Shown one piece after another: positions 17,544 through 26,694 of a stretch of 47,482 bases of DNA (position 1 is its first letter; every line of letters begins with the position of its first letter). The notes beneath the pieces were generated by a model. The model searched no databases, was not told the origin of the DNA, and saw only the letters and a list, made by a program, of their open reading frames with translations. A program made the translations under genes and the position numbers. The DNA is from a virus: the IMG/VR virus record IMGVR_UViG_3300044470_000442, positions 1-47,482 of that record, one strand, 5' to 3'.

Positions 17544-18050
17544 ATGGGCGTCAGGCAGGAATTAACCGATGATTTAAGGAAACAGCTGGCAGGGTATCTT
17601 CCCTTTTCTCCCAGCGCGAGCATTGACTATACTCCGGCATTTTTTCTCAGGAAAAAAGAAGCCTGGAGCGACGAGAAGAAACAGTTTGTCTCGCTTGAGG
17701 AGTTTCTTATTCCTGACGGGTACCGTCCAACCTTTACTCTTCGTCCTTTTACCAAAGAAGAATACGACGAAGCCGGCAAGGTCATGCACGCAGAGGTTCT
17801 TGATGTGGACAACAAGAAGCTGCTTGATAATGCCGCAATGACAAAGGAGCTTGTTCGCAAGGTTATTCTTGGTTGGAAAGACTTTTTCGACATAGGCTCG
17901 TTGCAGGAAATTGAATACAAAGGAGGCAACGGGGTGGACAAGGATCTGTGGGTGTCTACGCGTCTTCCTGATTGGGTTTATTCCGATCTCAGAAACTATG
18001 TGTATCGTTTGTCAGGGATCACGCCGGGCGAACGCATATCTTTAAAGTAG
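17544..18050 (+). CDS. tail assembly chaperone (gpG-like, zero-frame product)
   Basis: 168 aa, directly upstream of the tape measure gene. It ends in the slippery heptamer T_TTA_AAG immediately before its stop. Confidence 0.7.
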   Translation: MGVRQELTDDLRKQLAGYLPFSPSASIDYTPAFFLRKKEAWSDEKKQFVSLEEFLIPDGYRPTFTLRPFTKEEYDEAGKVMHAEVLDVDNKKLLDNAAMTKELVRKVILGWKDFFDIGSLQEIEYKGGNGVDKDLWVSTRLPDWVYSDLRNYVYRLSGITPGERISLK

Positions 18051-18373
18051 CGGCGAGCATCCGCGCCGGCCTATTTGTCTGTGATTGTACCGGATGTGAT
18101 GAAAGTGCAAGGAAAGAGTGGGGATGTTATGAACCTGTTGATGCTCCTGTATGGGAAGATGAAGAGGATGCGTTTTATAATTGTCCTGCTCGCTTCATTG
18201 CTCCTTGTGTGCCTGATTTTCTTGGTCGCTATGCTGCAATCAAAAATGGATGGGCACAAGCGTTGAGGTACGACGAGTACCAGAACAGATTTATTGAATA
18301 TGTCAACCGTTTCGAGGCAGAGTTGAAAAAGGCCTTGGCCATTAAAAATAAAGGTGCAAAAAATGCCGAGTGA
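17544..18373 (+). CDS. tail assembly chaperone -1 frameshift fusion product (gpGT-like)
   Basis: The -1 frame is open from 17972 to 18373. A slip at 18041..18047 would join 167 aa of the zero frame to ...FKVAASIRAGLFVCDCTGCDE... The extension overlaps the tape-measure start by 20 nt, the classic G/GT arrangement. Confidence 0.6.
18041..18047 (+). promoter_or_regulatory. -1 programmed ribosomal frameshift slippery heptamer TTTAAAG
   Basis: The zero frame reads tc[T TTA AAG] TAG, which is the canonical X_XXY_YYZ register. It lies inside the window where both frames are open. Confidence 0.6.
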
Positions 18374-20453
18374 ACATGACATACAGGTAATGCTAAAGCT
18401 ACAGAGCACCCTCGCTGCCCAGATCAAGCAGGAGGAGGAGAAGGTCAAGGACTCGATGACAAAGATGTCTGAGTCCGCGTCTTCTTTTGGCAGCGTTGTT
18501 GGTAAGGTTGCCGGCGCTGCCGGCGCTGCTCTCGCTGCCATGAAGATCGTCGACATCACGAAGCAGGCTCTGGAGATGGGTGACCGCATAACCGAAACCT
18601 CGGCGCGTATGGGCATGTCTACTACCACCTTTCAAAAGTGGTCATACATTGCCAAGGAAAGCGGTGCCAACATGGACACGTTGGCAAGGGGTTTCAAGGA
18701 ACTCGCAGTCAAGGCCGAGGCGAATGATCCTATCTTTAAGAAGCTTGGCATCTCCACAAGGGATGAGCACGGGGCCTTAAAGGACACTTCAGACATCATG
18801 CAGGAGGTTGTCGAACGCCTTGCCCAGATACAGAACCCGACTGAGCGTTTAGCGGTTGCACAAAAACTTCTCGGCAGGGCAGCGGGAGACGCGATGCAGA
18901 TGGCGGCACTCGGGGCCGAGAAATTTGGTGAACTTGCCGCTGAATCTGACAAGTTCAGCCTCACGGATGAGCAGCTCAAATCCCTGCACGACGCAAACAA
19001 GTCCATTGAACGAACCGGTGAACTTCTTACCATCATGGCCGGGCAGGTCGTTTCTCTATTTGCTCCAGCGATTGAAAAGGTCTCCGGGTTCATTGCGAAG
19101 ATGGCCGAGGACTGGAAGTTTCTCCTTTTTAGCAAGGACGAGACTGCCGAAAAAAGGGCGCAGATAGAAATGATCGGCGTGTCGATTGACATGACCCGAA
19201 AGAAAATTGCCGAACTCAAGACACAGTCATTTAATTTTGGTGCACCAGGCCTGCAGATGGTGAACCCGGCCCTAACTGCTGCCGAGGAAAAGCTCAAGGA
19301 TCTTGAGAAACAGATGCGGGCGTTGATAGGTGTTAAGGCACCAGAGACCGCCAAGACAGCGGCACCAGAGACCGCCCAGACAGCGGGTGATGTTGACCCG
19401 ACAAAGGCCAATCCCGATAAAAAACTCGCTGAGGAATTGATCAAGCTTAATGAGGACACTCGGCATACCATTGCCCAACAGAATATGAATGATGACGAGC
19501 GTGAGCTCGATGACCTAAAAAGCAAATACAGCCAGATGTTTCAGCTCGCCTGGAAAAATGGCAAGGACACTACCGATATTGTCAAGGCCTATGCAGGCGA
19601 GCGGTCTGAGGTGACAAGCAAGCAGCAACGAAAAAGTATCGAGGAGGAAAAGAAGGTCACGCTTGAGACAAAAAAGCTCGCGATGGACGCCCACAAGCAC
19701 CAGATAGAGGAGCAGAAAAAATACGCGGTGCTTATGCTTAAGGGCACAAAGACAGGATTTATCCATGTGGCGATGGCTTACCAGCAGGACAAGGCCGAGT
19801 TTGATACCTTGTTGCATGGTAAGCTTATTTCTCAAAACCAATACGATGCCGCCTTGACAAAATTGCAAGGTGAGGCAATGGCCGGATACGCTGAGATAAC
19901 CCTTTCCTCCTTGTCATCCATAGCCGAGGCGACGAAGGCGAACTCTCAGGTGAAAAGGCGAATAGCAGAAGGTGAGGCTATTATCTCAGGTGGCAAGGCC
20001 GCTTTGGGTGTGATCGAAAACTCCGGGCAGTTTATCTCAACTTTCGGTCCGGTAGCGGGACCGATTCTTATGGGAGTTGAACTCGCCGGAATCATTGCCG
20101 AAGCGGTTGTTCAGGTTCAGAAAATCGAATCCGCCAAGATGAAATATGGCGGCGTGGTAACCGGTGGAACGCCCGGACAAGATAGCGTTCCGGCAATGCT
20201 GATGCCAGGTGAGGTCGTATATAATCCGGCAAATCCTAACTCGGCACTTGCCTCAATTATTGGAAGTTCGACAACCAATAACGCTGGAAACGTACATATT
20301 CACATGGGCGGAGCGGTGAGCATTCAAGGCTCACCCAGCCGTGGTGACCTTAAGACAATTCAGGACCATATTGACAAGGGTGTGACCAAGGCATTGCGCC
20401 GCGCTCAGAACCTTGGCAAGGTCAACGCACCCGGCCTGGTGATCAGGAGCTAA
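18354..20453 (+). CDS. tail tape measure protein
   Basis: 699 aa, long helical Ala/Lys/Glu-rich protein located after the chaperones. The N-terminal region ...TTFQKWSYIAKESGANMDTLARGFKELAVKA resembles TP901-type TMP cores. Confidence 0.85.
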   Translation: MQKMPSEHDIQVMLKLQSTLAAQIKQEEEKVKDSMTKMSESASSFGSVVGKVAGAAGAALAAMKIVDITKQALEMGDRITETSARMGMSTTTFQKWSYIAKESGANMDTLARGFKELAVKAEANDPIFKKLGISTRDEHGALKDTSDIMQEVVERLAQIQNPTERLAVAQKLLGRAAGDAMQMAALGAEKFGELAAESDKFSLTDEQLKSLHDANKSIERTGELLTIMAGQVVSLFAPAIEKVSGFIAKMAEDWKFLLFSKDETAEKRAQIEMIGVSIDMTRKKIAELKTQSFNFGAPGLQMVNPALTAAEEKLKDLEKQMRALIGVKAPETAKTAAPETAQTAGDVDPTKANPDKKLAEELIKLNEDTRHTIAQQNMNDDERELDDLKSKYSQMFQLAWKNGKDTTDIVKAYAGERSEVTSKQQRKSIEEEKKVTLETKKLAMDAHKHQIEEQKKYAVLMLKGTKTGFIHVAMAYQQDKAEFDTLLHGKLISQNQYDAALTKLQGEAMAGYAEITLSSLSSIAEATKANSQVKRRIAEGEAIISGGKAALGVIENSGQFISTFGPVAGPILMGVELAGIIAEAVVQVQKIESAKMKYGGVVTGGTPGQDSVPAMLMPGEVVYNPANPNSALASIIGSSTTNNAGNVHIHMGGAVSIQGSPSRGDLKTIQDHIDKGVTKALRRAQNLGKVNAPGLVIRS

Positions 20454-20455
20454 CG

Positions 20456-21229
20456 GTGGTTATTTCCTATAATGCAACAAGCCTTACGGTGAAGATCAAG
20501 CCTGATTTTTCTCCAGCGACGACCTTTGCCCTAACTTGGTTTCAACTTGCTGATGGAAACTGGGCAGCAACAGATAGAGGTGCGGCCTCTGACCAATATG
20601 CCTGTGATGTCCGTCTATATGGGAAAGAGGCAGACATTGATGCTTTTATTACCTTTATGGAAGCGAACCGAAACTACGCAACCTTGCCAAACGTGTTGAC
20701 CTTGTCAGGGTTCAATGCCCAGGAAAAAATATTTGGTTGCGATGTTAACTACTCCGGGAATATTTTGGCAACAGCCTTTATGGACCGACGTGAACAGGGG
20801 TCTTGGAAAGGTTGGGGAGTCCCGCTAACCTTGGCCGCGATCTTGCCAACCTTTGTCGCTGGTGGAAGCTTTCCGATCTTACGAAATATCAACGTCGGCG
20901 TCGATGCAGACTCCGATTACACGATCAATAAGTTTGACTCCTATAACCGTACCTTTTCGTACCAGGAACACTCCGCTGATGTTGGTTCTTTTACCGCTGA
21001 GTATGTTCTTAATGAAACAGAGATGGTACTCCTTCGCAGGTCCATCGCAACGACAAGAGATTCGACCTTTCCGGCACCTATTCTTGTTGGGATTGCTAAC
21101 CCATTTGGGCGTAGAGCCTATTCATCGACCGTGCGTATAAAGGATTTTGAGGATCAGGGAATGCTCGGCGGGTTTTCACACTCCCTTCCCTGGTGGCAAG
21201 CAAAGTTTACCCTCGTAGAGGCATTGTAA
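20456..21229 (+). CDS. putative distal tail protein (Dit-like)
   Basis: 257 aa, GTG start with AGGAG 6 nt upstream, immediately after the TMP gene. Positional assignment. Confidence 0.5.
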   Translation: MVISYNATSLTVKIKPDFSPATTFALTWFQLADGNWAATDRGAASDQYACDVRLYGKEADIDAFITFMEANRNYATLPNVLTLSGFNAQEKIFGCDVNYSGNILATAFMDRREQGSWKGWGVPLTLAAILPTFVAGGSFPILRNINVGVDADSDYTINKFDSYNRTFSYQEHSADVGSFTAEYVLNETEMVLLRRSIATTRDSTFPAPILVGIANPFGRRAYSSTVRIKDFEDQGMLGGFSHSLPWWQAKFTLVEAL

Positions 21230-21230
21230 T

Positions 21231-24200
21231 ATGGCAACTATTTACATTACAGATACAAATATTACACAGTGGAACGGCATCGCCACCGATGGTTCTCCTA
21301 TTGTCGTGGAATGCATTGGTGCCGGAGCGGGTGGAGCCCTTGGAAACTCGGCCTGGGTTGGTGCTGGTGCAGGGGAATACCGGGCAAGCACAGTTGCCTA
21401 CGTTTCCGGATCAATTGTTACCGGGGTAAAGATTGGCAAGGGTGGTGTTGGTGCATCAAGCAACAGCATTGGTACAGATGGCGAGGATACATACTGGAAT
21501 ACAAGTGTCATTATCGCAAAGGGAGGACTTGCCAGTCGCCAAGGAGGTACCGGTGGGACTGGAACAGTAGGACACAAGGGTGGTGATGGTTCTGCTGGCT
21601 CACCCGGCAACGTGGCCTCAGGTGGAAGCGCGGGAGCTTCTTCCAGCGACGGGAACCCGGGAAGCCTTGCCGACCCCGTGGTGTCCATAGGCGGGGCAAG
21701 AATAAATGCAGACAGTGGCAATGGCGGTAATGGTCATCTTGCCCCTGACGCATCTTGCCAGGGTGGAAGCTATGGCGGTGCCGGTGGAAATGTTCTCAGT
21801 GGGCCAGGCTCGGCGGGAAATGGCGCAAACGGCGTTATCAAGATCACCTATACACCGGCAACACCACCTCCTCCAAAAAAGGGCGTACACTACGCTATAC
21901 AAATATTTTCAACGGCTTCCGATGCCTGGAATACCCTTACGGACGCAACGGTGGGATTGTATTCAGGAGTGTTTCAGGTTATAACCGATCGTCCTCACTA
22001 TGACGGCTCAACTGTGATACCGACCTTTGGCCCTAATGAGATTAATATTGACGGGTCGAGTATTGCCGGTCAGACGATAGTAACTCCTTGGAAAGAGGGA
22101 ATGCTGCAGAAGGAAAGTATCACGGAAAATCCTTCACGGGACATTGACATCGTGGTATCAGGAACCTACGCGACTGACGCCACCTTTTCGTTCAAGATAA
22201 GAAATGATCAAAAGTTTTGGAACTACTGTAATGTTCACAATATCTCTTTTACCGGACGACGCATTGTGCTGTGGGTAGTAATTGATGATGTTTTTTACCT
22301 TGGGGCAAGGGGACGTGTTACAAATAACCCATACACTGAAACAGACTATTCGTTCGACATAGAGGACGACGCGACCTTGATACATAAGATAATGCCGCCT
22401 CTCGTCGCAACGTCTACCAATCAAGTGTTGGCACCGGACAGCCAGACAGGGCAACCAATACCGAGCGTATTTGGCGACGTGCCTTTTTCTAAAATTCTCA
22501 AATTGACCCAAGAGAACACGTTTTTTGAACTGCAAAACAACGCATTAAACGCGAGTATTGCCGCCGCCGGAAAGTACACAATTTTAAGCTCGACGCCGAC
22601 AGACACCTTGGCTAAAATTTATTTGAGAACCGACTTGATGACTTTTGTGGCAGACGACTTGAAGGGAAAATATTTAATCGTCCAATCTGGCGAAAACGCC
22701 AATACAACCATGATTTACAAAATAACAAAGAGCGACGCAACCTCTTATACCGACATAGTAAATTTTAATGGTCATTACATGACCGTCGTGTACATTGAGA
22801 GCTTGCTTTTAAAAAACGACAATACGATCGTTTCCGAGGCTGAATTTAATAGCGACGACTCCAACGACCGATATTCTTATTTTCTGCAACCGTCTACCAC
22901 GCCGACGCACGGAAGTGTAAAAACGTGGTGGTTTAAAATATCCGATTTTTCTTTACAGACACAAGTGTCAACCAATCTCATTACTTTACCGACAAACTCT
23001 AACGGATTAATTTCTCTTTGGACGTGGGACGCGACGTTGAAACAGTATGTGGATATAAGCTCTCTCGTGAGCATAACCTCAAACGGAAACTCCATTATCT
23101 TACTTGCAAACACCGCGACGAGCGACGGCAAAGCAATGAAAATTGAGGATATTGGTTTGCCTATACAGGAGTTTGGGGTGAGAACGCAACCCCCACACCA
23201 AAACGGGGTAAATACAAGACTGGAATTTTATCAAGACGCCGCAACGATCGCCCTTTTGACCGATCGGTCGCGCTTGACCTCGTTTACTTTCCTTTCACAA
23301 TTCGGCGGGGGTGCCGACGCTCTGGCTGATTACTTGCTTTATGCTCGTTTCAAGCTCACACCTATTATACCAACCTACGACAGAATATTTTTCTTGGTGG
23401 ATATGAGTTTGAGAAATTTATCGCCTCAGACAAGCAAACATGGTCATTTTATGTACTCTCTTGTTGACGAGTACGGGCAAATATTGAGCATTTCCCCCGG
23501 CTATGATACCGCAATATCTCCGAAGGGTTACGGCACGAGCCTTTTGCTTGTCGATTCCACGTTGAGGACTTTTAATTTTATCCCGAACGATTTTTATCCT
23601 CCGGCAAATATCGCCTCAAATCCTTTTAGCATGTTTGGAGTAGATTCTGGCAACGGCTCGGACACGTGGGGAAATCTTTGCGACTTTGCAAACATGAGCG
23701 CGCCACAAGGTATTGACGACTTGAAAAGAGAGGATTGCGGGTCTATTGAATGCATGATTGACATACACGCAGATATTGGAAATTGGGCGGGGTTATATAT
23801 CACGTTGCGCCAAATCACTTTACTTGGCATGAGACAAGTGGACACTATAAACGGAGACATTTTCGCAAAAGTAGAGGGCGAAAAAACGGGCGCGACGGCG
23901 ACAGACCCGAACCATTTCACCAACGACGTGTACCATACTTTTATGCATATCTTGGAAGATTATGACGGCATTCCGAAAGCTCTAATTGATTATGGAAACT
24001 TGGCTTCTACGCGATCGGGGCCGACGCAAAGCACTTATCCGTGGCATGTTGGTAGAACTATCACCGAAAGGAAAAATTCGATCGAATATTTGACCGAGCT
24101 TTGTGCCCACGCGTTTGTCGGAATGTTCACGACGAGAACGGGAAAAAGAGGGTTGAGGGCGTTTCAGACATTTGGATCGAACCCAACCCCAACCTTTTTA

Positions 24201-25184
24201 CATAACTCCGGTAATATCGTCAGGGATTCTCTTACCGATTTTACCAAAACGGATATTTCTCAATTGTTCAATAGCTTTTTTTTGCAGTACAATTTCGATG
24301 CCGGTTTGCAAGAGTTTACAAGGGCGTTTTTTGTTGCAAACCTGGATATGTTTTCATCTTTTCCCCCGGTCGAAAACGTCACGATTTCGCCGAATTATCA
24401 AACCACTTCCAGTACATCCATGTTTTTGAGTCTTGGATTAAAGACCTTGACGGTTGATGCAAATTTGCCTTACTCAAACGGCCAAACCCTTTACATCACG
24501 CCCTTTGTAGGCGCGTCGCCGTACATGCAGGGCGTCATAACATCCTATAACTCGACAACGGGGAGCTTGACGGTTAATATTCAATCCTACTATACAACGG
24601 GACTTACCTATAATTCTTGGGTTGTGGGATCAATACAAGATCCTGAATGGTTCCTATGCTTCGGGGGTCTTGTTGGAAGCCCTAATTTTGCCGCCGCTGG
24701 TTATGCCGAATCAAAGGTGCTTTGGGACAAATGTGAGCATTCCTATACGGTAAACAGTGTCGTGAAGCAGGCAGGTAATGACATTTCACAGCTAATGTGG
24801 TTTATTGACCGGGCTCTTTTCGATTCATCGACAACGTGGGGAACCAGTGACACGTCATCCGCATATTATCTTTTGCAATTGCTCGCGCAGTGGGCAACTC
24901 TGCAGAAATACATTGCAACGTATTCCATCCCTATCAACGCGGCGAACATTGAACTTGAGCTTCTGGACGCAGGAACACTTAATGATCCTGTCTTTACCAA
25001 TGGGGTTGATAAACTTGGATACATTGTCTCAATAGCGGTCAACTCAAGCAATGACCAACTTGATATAAAGATGTTGCTGTTGCCCGACGAACTGCAGCCC
25101 TATCCGCCACAGCCTGTCGCTGGAAATATGCGGAGGCTTATCTCGCCACTTGGCGTACCTTTCACCCAGGGAAAAACTTCTTAA
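21231..25184 (+). CDS. large distal tail / tail-fibre protein with N-terminal glycine-rich domain
   Basis: 1317 aa, following the Dit-like gene. The first roughly 215 aa are Gly-rich (GAGAGGALGNS...GGTGGTGTVGHKGGDGSAGSPG...), as in the glycine-rich domains of phage tail fibre proteins. Confidence 0.6.
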   Translation: MATIYITDTNITQWNGIATDGSPIVVECIGAGAGGALGNSAWVGAGAGEYRASTVAYVSGSIVTGVKIGKGGVGASSNSIGTDGEDTYWNTSVIIAKGGLASRQGGTGGTGTVGHKGGDGSAGSPGNVASGGSAGASSSDGNPGSLADPVVSIGGARINADSGNGGNGHLAPDASCQGGSYGGAGGNVLSGPGSAGNGANGVIKITYTPATPPPPKKGVHYAIQIFSTASDAWNTLTDATVGLYSGVFQVITDRPHYDGSTVIPTFGPNEINIDGSSIAGQTIVTPWKEGMLQKESITENPSRDIDIVVSGTYATDATFSFKIRNDQKFWNYCNVHNISFTGRRIVLWVVIDDVFYLGARGRVTNNPYTETDYSFDIEDDATLIHKIMPPLVATSTNQVLAPDSQTGQPIPSVFGDVPFSKILKLTQENTFFELQNNALNASIAAAGKYTILSSTPTDTLAKIYLRTDLMTFVADDLKGKYLIVQSGENANTTMIYKITKSDATSYTDIVNFNGHYMTVVYIESLLLKNDNTIVSEAEFNSDDSNDRYSYFLQPSTTPTHGSVKTWWFKISDFSLQTQVSTNLITLPTNSNGLISLWTWDATLKQYVDISSLVSITSNGNSIILLANTATSDGKAMKIEDIGLPIQEFGVRTQPPHQNGVNTRLEFYQDAATIALLTDRSRLTSFTFLSQFGGGADALADYLLYARFKLTPIIPTYDRIFFLVDMSLRNLSPQTSKHGHFMYSLVDEYGQILSISPGYDTAISPKGYGTSLLLVDSTLRTFNFIPNDFYPPANIASNPFSMFGVDSGNGSDTWGNLCDFANMSAPQGIDDLKREDCGSIECMIDIHADIGNWAGLYITLRQITLLGMRQVDTINGDIFAKVEGEKTGATATDPNHFTNDVYHTFMHILEDYDGIPKALIDYGNLASTRSGPTQSTYPWHVGRTITERKNSIEYLTELCAHAFVGMFTTRTGKRGLRAFQTFGSNPTPTFLHNSGNIVRDSLTDFTKTDISQLFNSFFLQYNFDAGLQEFTRAFFVANLDMFSSFPPVENVTISPNYQTTSSTSMFLSLGLKTLTVDANLPYSNGQTLYITPFVGASPYMQGVITSYNSTTGSLTVNIQSYYTTGLTYNSWVVGSIQDPEWFLCFGGLVGSPNFAAAGYAESKVLWDKCEHSYTVNSVVKQAGNDISQLMWFIDRALFDSSTTWGTSDTSSAYYLLQLLAQWATLQKYIATYSIPINAANIELELLDAGTLNDPVFTNGVDKLGYIVSIAVNSSNDQLDIKMLLLPDELQPYPPQPVAGNMRRLISPLGVPFTQGKTS

Positions 25185-25194
25185 AGGAGGAAAT

Positions 25195-25539
25195 ATGTTA
25201 GAACAAGAATTGCTTAAACCACTTGCTGGAATATACACGGCGATCTCTAAGGAACCGAAGATCGAGTCTCCCGAAAACACCCTTGGAGTCACTATTTGCA
25301 GCGTAGATATTCTGTTTTCGGAGGACGGGCAGGACCCACCCATTGCCCATGTTGAAAGCATCCTTTATCTTGTCCTTGACCGTGGAAAAGATACAGAGCA
25401 GGCTTTTCTCTCCGATCAATTAAGGCCAGATACGCTTGACTCCGTCAGGTCAGCTACGGACATCTTGAAAAGCGGCGGTATTCCTACAAAGATCGGAGCA
25501 GTCCCGATCTTTGAGCAGCCCGCAAGCAAGGCGGTGTAA
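25195..25539 (+). CDS. hypothetical tail-associated protein
   Basis: ATG at 25195 with AGGAGG upstream (internal start of track ORF 25150..25539). 114 aa. Confidence 0.5.
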   Translation: MLEQELLKPLAGIYTAISKEPKIESPENTLGVTICSVDILFSEDGQDPPIAHVESILYLVLDRGKDTEQAFLSDQLRPDTLDSVRSATDILKSGGIPTKIGAVPIFEQPASKAV

Positions 25540-25540
25540 T

Positions 25541-26671
25541 ATGTTTTATCCTACCCTTAGATACTCCCAGGCAATCACCCTCGACCACACGCTTGCGCCT
25601 GCGGACGTGTCAGACGGGACATTTGTCTTGACCGGGGCAATGTTCAATAATGACATAAAAACGGCAGGCGGGGCATATTCTGCCCGGTCGGACGGCGGCG
25701 ACCTTAGATTTTTTACCGATGCCTTGCTCAATAATCCAATACAATTCGATTTGGTATTCTGGGCACAAAACGCCACGCCCGCCAACGCTATTGCAGAAAT
25801 CAACGTGAGAATCCCGACGTATTCCTCTACCGTTGACCCGGTGATTTATGTCGGGTGGGGTGATCCAAATTTGACTTTATTGCCAAGAACCGACACCTAC
25901 GGAAGGAATAATGCATACCGAAGCGGCTTTAAATTGTGGTGTACAATGGACGACGACCCCGACAACGCTCATATACACGACAGGACAGTCAACGACTTAA
26001 CGGGGTATAAGCAGGCGGCAAATAATCCTTTACAAGTTTCAAATGACGGAACTATGCGAACGGCTCAAGCTTTTACCAATGCGGGTGGAGCCCTTGTTGA
26101 CTGGGGAACTGGAATAAATACGGGTAATCAATTTACTGTTTTTTCTCCATTTAACTTCACCGGTGGCGCTCACGGTTATCAACGCATTGTTTCAAACAAA
26201 AACGTCTACACGGACGCCACAGGCTTTGAGATAAATCTTGTTGATGGAAGCAACACACAAATTCAGATTGAAGGCTCAAGCGGGACGGCGTGGAATCCGA
26301 CGGTATTCTCAAATATAACAACAGACGGATACGAAAACTTTGCCGCACGCTTTAACGGCGCGAATGCGGACGTTTTTGTATCATCTGTCAAAACTTCAGG
26401 AACAAGCGTCATTGCCTCGGTTGCCAATACCGCAAATCATATAACCCTCGGGGATAATGCCGCGCATAACCAGCCGCAGCTTGATGCTCATATTGACCCA
26501 TGTATTATCTATGTCGGTGCAATGAGCGACGCAGAAATACAGTTGATGCAGCAAAACCAAAAATCGCCGTCAACCTTTGTCAAGACGGTCGGAACAACGC
26601 AGGCAGCGATAGGCTTAGAAAGATCAACATTCCGAGGCGTGGGAAAGGGTATTGGTCGAGGAATAGCTTAG
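25541..26671 (+). CDS. tail fibre / receptor-binding candidate with DUF2341 / LamG-like (concanavalin-type) domain
   Basis: ATG at 25541 (TAATATG junction). The N-terminus YSQAITLDHTLAPADVSDGTFVLT...GGDLRFFTD resembles DUF2341. The central part resembles a LamG-like jelly-roll. Confidence 0.5.
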   Translation: MFYPTLRYSQAITLDHTLAPADVSDGTFVLTGAMFNNDIKTAGGAYSARSDGGDLRFFTDALLNNPIQFDLVFWAQNATPANAIAEINVRIPTYSSTVDPVIYVGWGDPNLTLLPRTDTYGRNNAYRSGFKLWCTMDDDPDNAHIHDRTVNDLTGYKQAANNPLQVSNDGTMRTAQAFTNAGGALVDWGTGINTGNQFTVFSPFNFTGGAHGYQRIVSNKNVYTDATGFEINLVDGSNTQIQIEGSSGTAWNPTVFSNITTDGYENFAARFNGANADVFVSSVKTSGTSVIASVANTANHITLGDNAAHNQPQLDAHIDPCIIYVGAMSDAEIQLMQQNQKSPSTFVKTVGTTQAAIGLERSTFRGVGKGIGRGIA

Positions 26672-26694
26672 ACATTTTTGAAAAGGAGAAATAA

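Noticed and set aside
17974-17980. GGGTTTA as the chaperone frameshift site
   Set aside because: In the zero frame it reads TGG GTT TAT, so it is not in the X_XXY_YYZ register. The TTTAAAG at 18041-18047 is in the correct register and lies directly before the stop.
18632-19525. 297-aa minus-strand ORF inside the tape measure gene
   Set aside because: It is antisense to a well-supported 699-aa TMP ORF. Its Ser/Ala/Cys-rich low-complexity translation is typical of the reverse frame of an Ala/Glu/Lys-rich gene. There is no SD or independent support.
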